Shown one piece after another: positions 28,459 to 32,000 of a DNA stretch of 32,000 bases. Below the pieces are notes generated by a model. The model saw only the letters and a program-made list of their open reading frames with translations, was not told the DNA's origin and ran no database searches. The first letter of the stretch is position 1, and the number at the start of each line of letters is the position of its first letter. A program made the translations under genes and the position numbers. This DNA is from Wolbachia endosymbiont of Drosophila innubila (lineage in GTDB: Bacteria > Pseudomonadota > Alphaproteobacteria > Rickettsiales > Anaplasmataceae), in NCBI RefSeq assembly GCF_021378375.1, contig NZ_CP076228.1:810001-842000 (forward strand), given 5' to 3'.

Positions 28459-30027
28459 ATGAACATTAAATCAGTGGTTTTATGTATACTAGATGGCTGG
28501 GGAAATGGAATAGAGAATAATAAATACAACGCTATCAGCAACGCAAATCCACCCTGTTGGCAATATATTAGCTCTAATTATCCAAAATGCAGTTTATCCG
28601 CCTGTGGAGCTGATGTGGGGTTACCTGGTGGTCAAATAGGTAACTCAGAAGTTGGCCATATGAATATTGGCAGTGGTAGAGTGGTAATACAAAGCCTTCA
28701 GCGCATTAATCAAGAGATTGGAACAATAGAAAACAATGTAAATCTACAAAGTTTTATTAATGATCTAAAAAGTAAGAACGGAGTATGCCATATAATGGGA
28801 TTGGTGTCCGATGGTGGTGTTCATTCGCATCAAAAGCATATTTCAACTTTAGCAAATAAAATATCACAGCATGGAATAAAAGTGGTGATACATGCATTTT
28901 TAGATGGCAGAGACACATTGCCAAATTCAGGAAAAAAATGCATTCAAGAATTTACAAAGAGTATAAAGGGAAATGACACAAGAATTGCTACTGTTTCTGG
29001 GCGTTACTATGCTATGGACCGTGACAACAGGTGGAAGAGAACAATCGAAGCTTATGAGGCTATCGCATTTGCAAAGGCACCTTGTCATGATAATGCAGTA
29101 TCGTTGATTGAGAATAACTATCAAAATAACATAACTGATGAGTTTATCAGGCCCGCAGTAATAGGTGATTATCAAGGTATAAAACCAGAAGATGGAGTGC
29201 TGTTGGCTAACTTTCGTGCTGATCGAATGATACAATTAGCAAGTATTTTGCTTGGCAAAACAGATTACGCTAAGGTAGCAAAATTCTCTTCAATTTTAAG
29301 TATGATGAAGTATAAAGAAGATCTCAAAATTCCTTATATTTTTCCTCCTACTTCTTTCGCTGATACTCTAGGACAAACAATAGAAGACAATAAATTACGA
29401 CAATTACGTATCGCTGAAACCGAGAAATACGCTCATGTGACTTTCTTTTTCAATTGTGGAAAAGAAGAACCTTTCTCTGGTGAAGAAAGAATACTCATTC
29501 CCTCACCAAAAGTTCAAACTTACGATTTGCAGCCCGAAATGTCAGCCTTCGAGCTCACAGAAAAGCTTGTAGAAAAAATTCACTCCCAAGAATTCGCACT
29601 GATAGTTGTAAATTACGCTAATCCTGATATGGTAGGGCATACAGGTAATATAAAAGCAGCCGAGAAAGCTGTGCTAGCTGTAGATGATTGTCTTGCGAAA
29701 GTGCTGAATGCTGTTAAAAAGTCAAGCAACACCGCATTAATTGTTACTGCAGACCATGGTAACGTGGAATGTATGTTCGATGAAGAAAATAATACACCTC
29801 ATACAGCACACACTCTAAATAAAGTGCCATTTATTGTGTCTTGCGATAATCTAAAACTAAGAGACGGAAGGTTATCTGACATTGCCCCTACTATTTTACA
29901 GCTACTTGGAATTAAAAAACCAAACGAAATGACAGGCAGTTCGTTGATTTCTTGCATTACCCTCTGTCATTCCAGCCAGGCAGCGTTATGCACCGGAATG
30001 ACATCAAATAGATGTGTTTTAACTTAA
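28459..30027 (+). CDS. gpmI: 2,3-bisphosphoglycerate-independent phosphoglycerate mutase
   Basis: 522 aa. '[12 protein letters not shown]', '[23 protein letters not shown]', '[14 protein letters not shown]', '[19 protein letters not shown]', '[14 protein letters not shown]'. Confidence 0.96.
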   Translation: MNIKSVVLCILDGWGNGIENNKYNAISNANPPCWQYISSNYPKCSLSACGADVGLPGGQIGNSEVGHMNIGSGRVVIQSLQRINQEIGTIENNVNLQSFINDLKSKNGVCHIMGLVSDGGVHSHQKHISTLANKISQHGIKVVIHAFLDGRDTLPNSGKKCIQEFTKSIKGNDTRIATVSGRYYAMDRDNRWKRTIEAYEAIAFAKAPCHDNAVSLIENNYQNNITDEFIRPAVIGDYQGIKPEDGVLLANFRADRMIQLASILLGKTDYAKVAKFSSILSMMKYKEDLKIPYIFPPTSFADTLGQTIEDNKLRQLRIAETEKYAHVTFFFNCGKEEPFSGEERILIPSPKVQTYDLQPEMSAFELTEKLVEKIHSQEFALIVVNYANPDMVGHTGNIKAAEKAVLAVDDCLAKVLNAVKKSSNTALIVTADHGNVECMFDEENNTPHTAHTLNKVPFIVSCDNLKLRDGRLSDIAPTILQLLGIKKPNEMTGSSLISCITLCHSSQAALCTGMTSNRCVLT

Positions 30028-30999
30028 TCCAACTTTTAAATTTTTCGCTGTTAGTACTAATGATTCATTAAAGAAGCTGTCAATATCACCAATACTATCT
30101 ATATTTTTTGTACTGATAGATTGGTCAATTCTTTTGACCAAATTAGATAAAACTTTATTAGGGCCAATTTCAACAAATTTGTTAATGCCACGGCTTGACA
30201 TATACAAAACCATTTCTCTCCATTTCACTCTGCTTACAACTTGCTTGGGGAGTAAAGTTTTTATAACTTTGGGATCACTCTCCTCTTTAGCTGTAACATT
30301 TGATATCAAAGGAACTATAGGACGGGTTATTTTAATACCCTTCAAAAACTCCAAAACTTTTTCATCAGCAGGTTTCATAAGAGATGAATGAAAAGGCCCA
30401 CTAACCTGTAATTTAATTAGTTTCCTCACACTCGAGTTTTTGAATAAATCGGGTAACATTTCAAGAGCTTCTCTAGTGCCACTTATAACCACTTGTCCGC
30501 CACCGTTATCGTTTGCAATTTCACAAATTCCGTCAATTTGAACTGATTTCAATATATCTTCCACTTCATTTATCTCTGCTCCAAGCAACGCAACCATTCC
30601 GCCTTTACATTTCAGTGAAGCTTCATGCATTGCTTCGCTGCGAACTTTCAGCAGCTTGATTGCAGACTCAAGCGTTAACGCTCCTGCAGCACACAGCGCT
30701 GTATATTCGCCAACTGAATGCCCACAAACATATTTAACATTGTGATCAGTGAAAAGAGATTTGCCAAACACATGCTCCATAACACGTAGCATTGCAATTG
30801 ATACTGCCATTATAGCTGGCTGAGCGTTTTCTGTAATGGTTAATTCTTCAATAGGACCGTTGAAGATTAAATGAGACAGCTTTCCATCCAATATGCTATC
30901 TACTTCATTAAATACTTGTCTTGCAACAGAAAACTCACTACATAAGCTCTTTCCCATTCCTACAAACTGAGAGCCCTGACCGGGGAAAGCAAAAATCAT
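30019..30999 (-). CDS. fabD: Malonyl CoA-acyl carrier protein transacylase
   Basis: '[19 protein letters not shown]', active-site '[18 protein letters not shown]', '[10 protein letters not shown]', '[17 protein letters not shown]'. Confidence 0.95.
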   Translation of the reverse strand: MIFAFPGQGSQFVGMGKSLCSEFSVARQVFNEVDSILDGKLSHLIFNGPIEELTITENAQPAIMAVSIAMLRVMEHVFGKSLFTDHNVKYVCGHSVGEYTALCAAGALTLESAIKLLKVRSEAMHEASLKCKGGMVALLGAEINEVEDILKSVQIDGICEIANDNGGGQVVISGTREALEMLPDLFKNSSVRKLIKLQVSGPFHSSLMKPADEKVLEFLKGIKITRPIVPLISNVTAKEESDPKVIKTLLPKQVVSRVKWREMVLYMSSRGINKFVEIGPNKVLSNLVKRIDQSISTKNIDSIGDIDSFFNESLVLTAKNLKVGLS

Positions 31000-31127
31000 G
31001 ATAGTTATTATTTATTCCTTATTAAATATACTACTTTATTTATTTTTTGTCAATATTTTAGAATAATGATTGACTTAGTGAATTAAGTTCACTAGAATAT
31101 TAGCTGACTAAAAGTTTATAAACAACA

Positions 31128-31331
31128 ATGAATTATCATAAAATTATTATAGTTATGACAGACGGTCAAGAGTTTGAAACTCGTTCCACTTATGGAAAGG
31201 AGGGAGATAGGGTAAAACTTGATAGAGATCCTCTTACTCACCCTGCATGGACTGGAAGTTTGACAAGCGGGTTAACAAGTAAAACTAGCAAATTAGCTAA
31301 GTTTAACGGTAAATATGGAAGCATTTTCTAA
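31128..31331 (+). CDS. rpmE: 50S ribosomal protein L31
   Basis: 67 aa 'YHKIIIVMTDGQEFETRSTYGKEGDRVKLDRDPLTHPAWTGSLTS...KLAKFNGKYGSIF'. Confidence 0.9.
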   Translation: MNYHKIIIVMTDGQEFETRSTYGKEGDRVKLDRDPLTHPAWTGSLTSGLTSKTSKLAKFNGKYGSIF

Positions 31332-31369
31332 TTCTCCTCCTCTTTAAGTTTTAGAGAGTTTACTGAAGC

Positions 31370-32000
31370 ATGCATAAATACAAAAATATAGGCTATGTTG
31401 CTTTTCCATCACCAAAATCGCAGGAAGTATCTAAACTATTAAAGAAACTTAATTTTATCAATATAACAGAAGAAAATAAGTCCGAAATCGATCTATTGAT
31501 AGTTGTTGGCGGTGATGGCTTTATGCTACGCACTTTGCACAATTACGTCATAGAAAATAAAAACATGCATGTGTATGGGATAAACACTGGCAATGTTGGG
31601 TTTTTGATGAATAAATGCTTTAGCTGCAGTGAAGATTTAATTGATCATATAGAGCATGCAACTTCAACTCAGTTAACTTTGCTAAAAATGGAAGCAACAG
31701 ACACAAGTGGCAAGAGATATCATTACATAGCAGTAAACGAAGTATACGTTTTTAGAAAAGCGAACCAAATAGTAGAGATGAATATTACTATTAATGATAA
31801 GCTAAAAGTAGAAAAATTTAGAGGGGACGGAGTAATATTATCTACCCCCACAGGCAGCACTGCATACAACTTCTCTGCCGGTGGCCCAATCTTGCCGCTA
31901 AATTCAAATTTACTTGCACTCACTTCTATCAATAGCTATTACCCAAGGCATTGGAATGGAGCGTTAATATCAAACGATACAATCGTACAAATTGACATTA
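31370..32000 (+). CDS. nadK: NAD kinase (5' part, runs off the window)
   Basis: Open frame from ATG 31370 to the window end, translated by eye. 'LLIVVGGDGFMLRTLHNY', 'VYGINTGNVGFLMN', 'FRGDGVILSTPTGSTAYNFSAGGPIL'. Confidence 0.9.
   Translation, partial: MHKYKNIGYVAFPSPKSQEVSKLLKKLNFINITEENKSEIDLLIVVGGDGFMLRTLHNYVIENKNMHVYGINTGNVGFLMNKCFSCSEDLIDHIEHATSTQLTLLKMEATDTSGKRYHYIAVNEVYVFRKANQIVEMNITINDKLKVEKFRGDGVILSTPTGSTAYNFSAGGPILPLNSNLLALTSINSYYPRHWNGALISNDTIVQIDI

Overview
The window looks like a chromosomal segment of a Wolbachia-like Rickettsiales endosymbiont. This is inferred from protein character, gene content and the typical ~25-50 bp palindromic repeats. The dominant feature is a minus-strand type IV secretion (rvh/vir) gene array, virB3-virB4-four large virB6 paralogs-hypothetical, spanning about 3.4-18.5 kb. 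Around it are housekeeping genes: murD, a COQ9-like gene, rsmD, a class I lysyl-tRNA synthetase, alaS, rpmI-rplT-fmt, purH, tRNA-Asn(GTT), gpmI, fabD, rpmE and nadK (partial). I see no CRISPR array, prophage or intact transposase. The most interesting signals are: (1) three of the four VirB6 paralogs begin with lipobox-like signal peptides followed by large, apparently related extracytoplasmic regions; (2) a probable frameshift at a homopolymer in the 3' end of the third virB6; (3) degenerate charged repeats in the tail of the longest VirB6; (4) palindromic repeats that supply coding sequence inside murD and at the 3' ends of alaS and gpmI; (5) a ~0.45-0.55 kb non-coding repeat in three copies, two of them inverted around alaS-purH. 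The T4SS array itself is a known Rickettsiales arrangement, so nothing here is claimed as a wholly new system.
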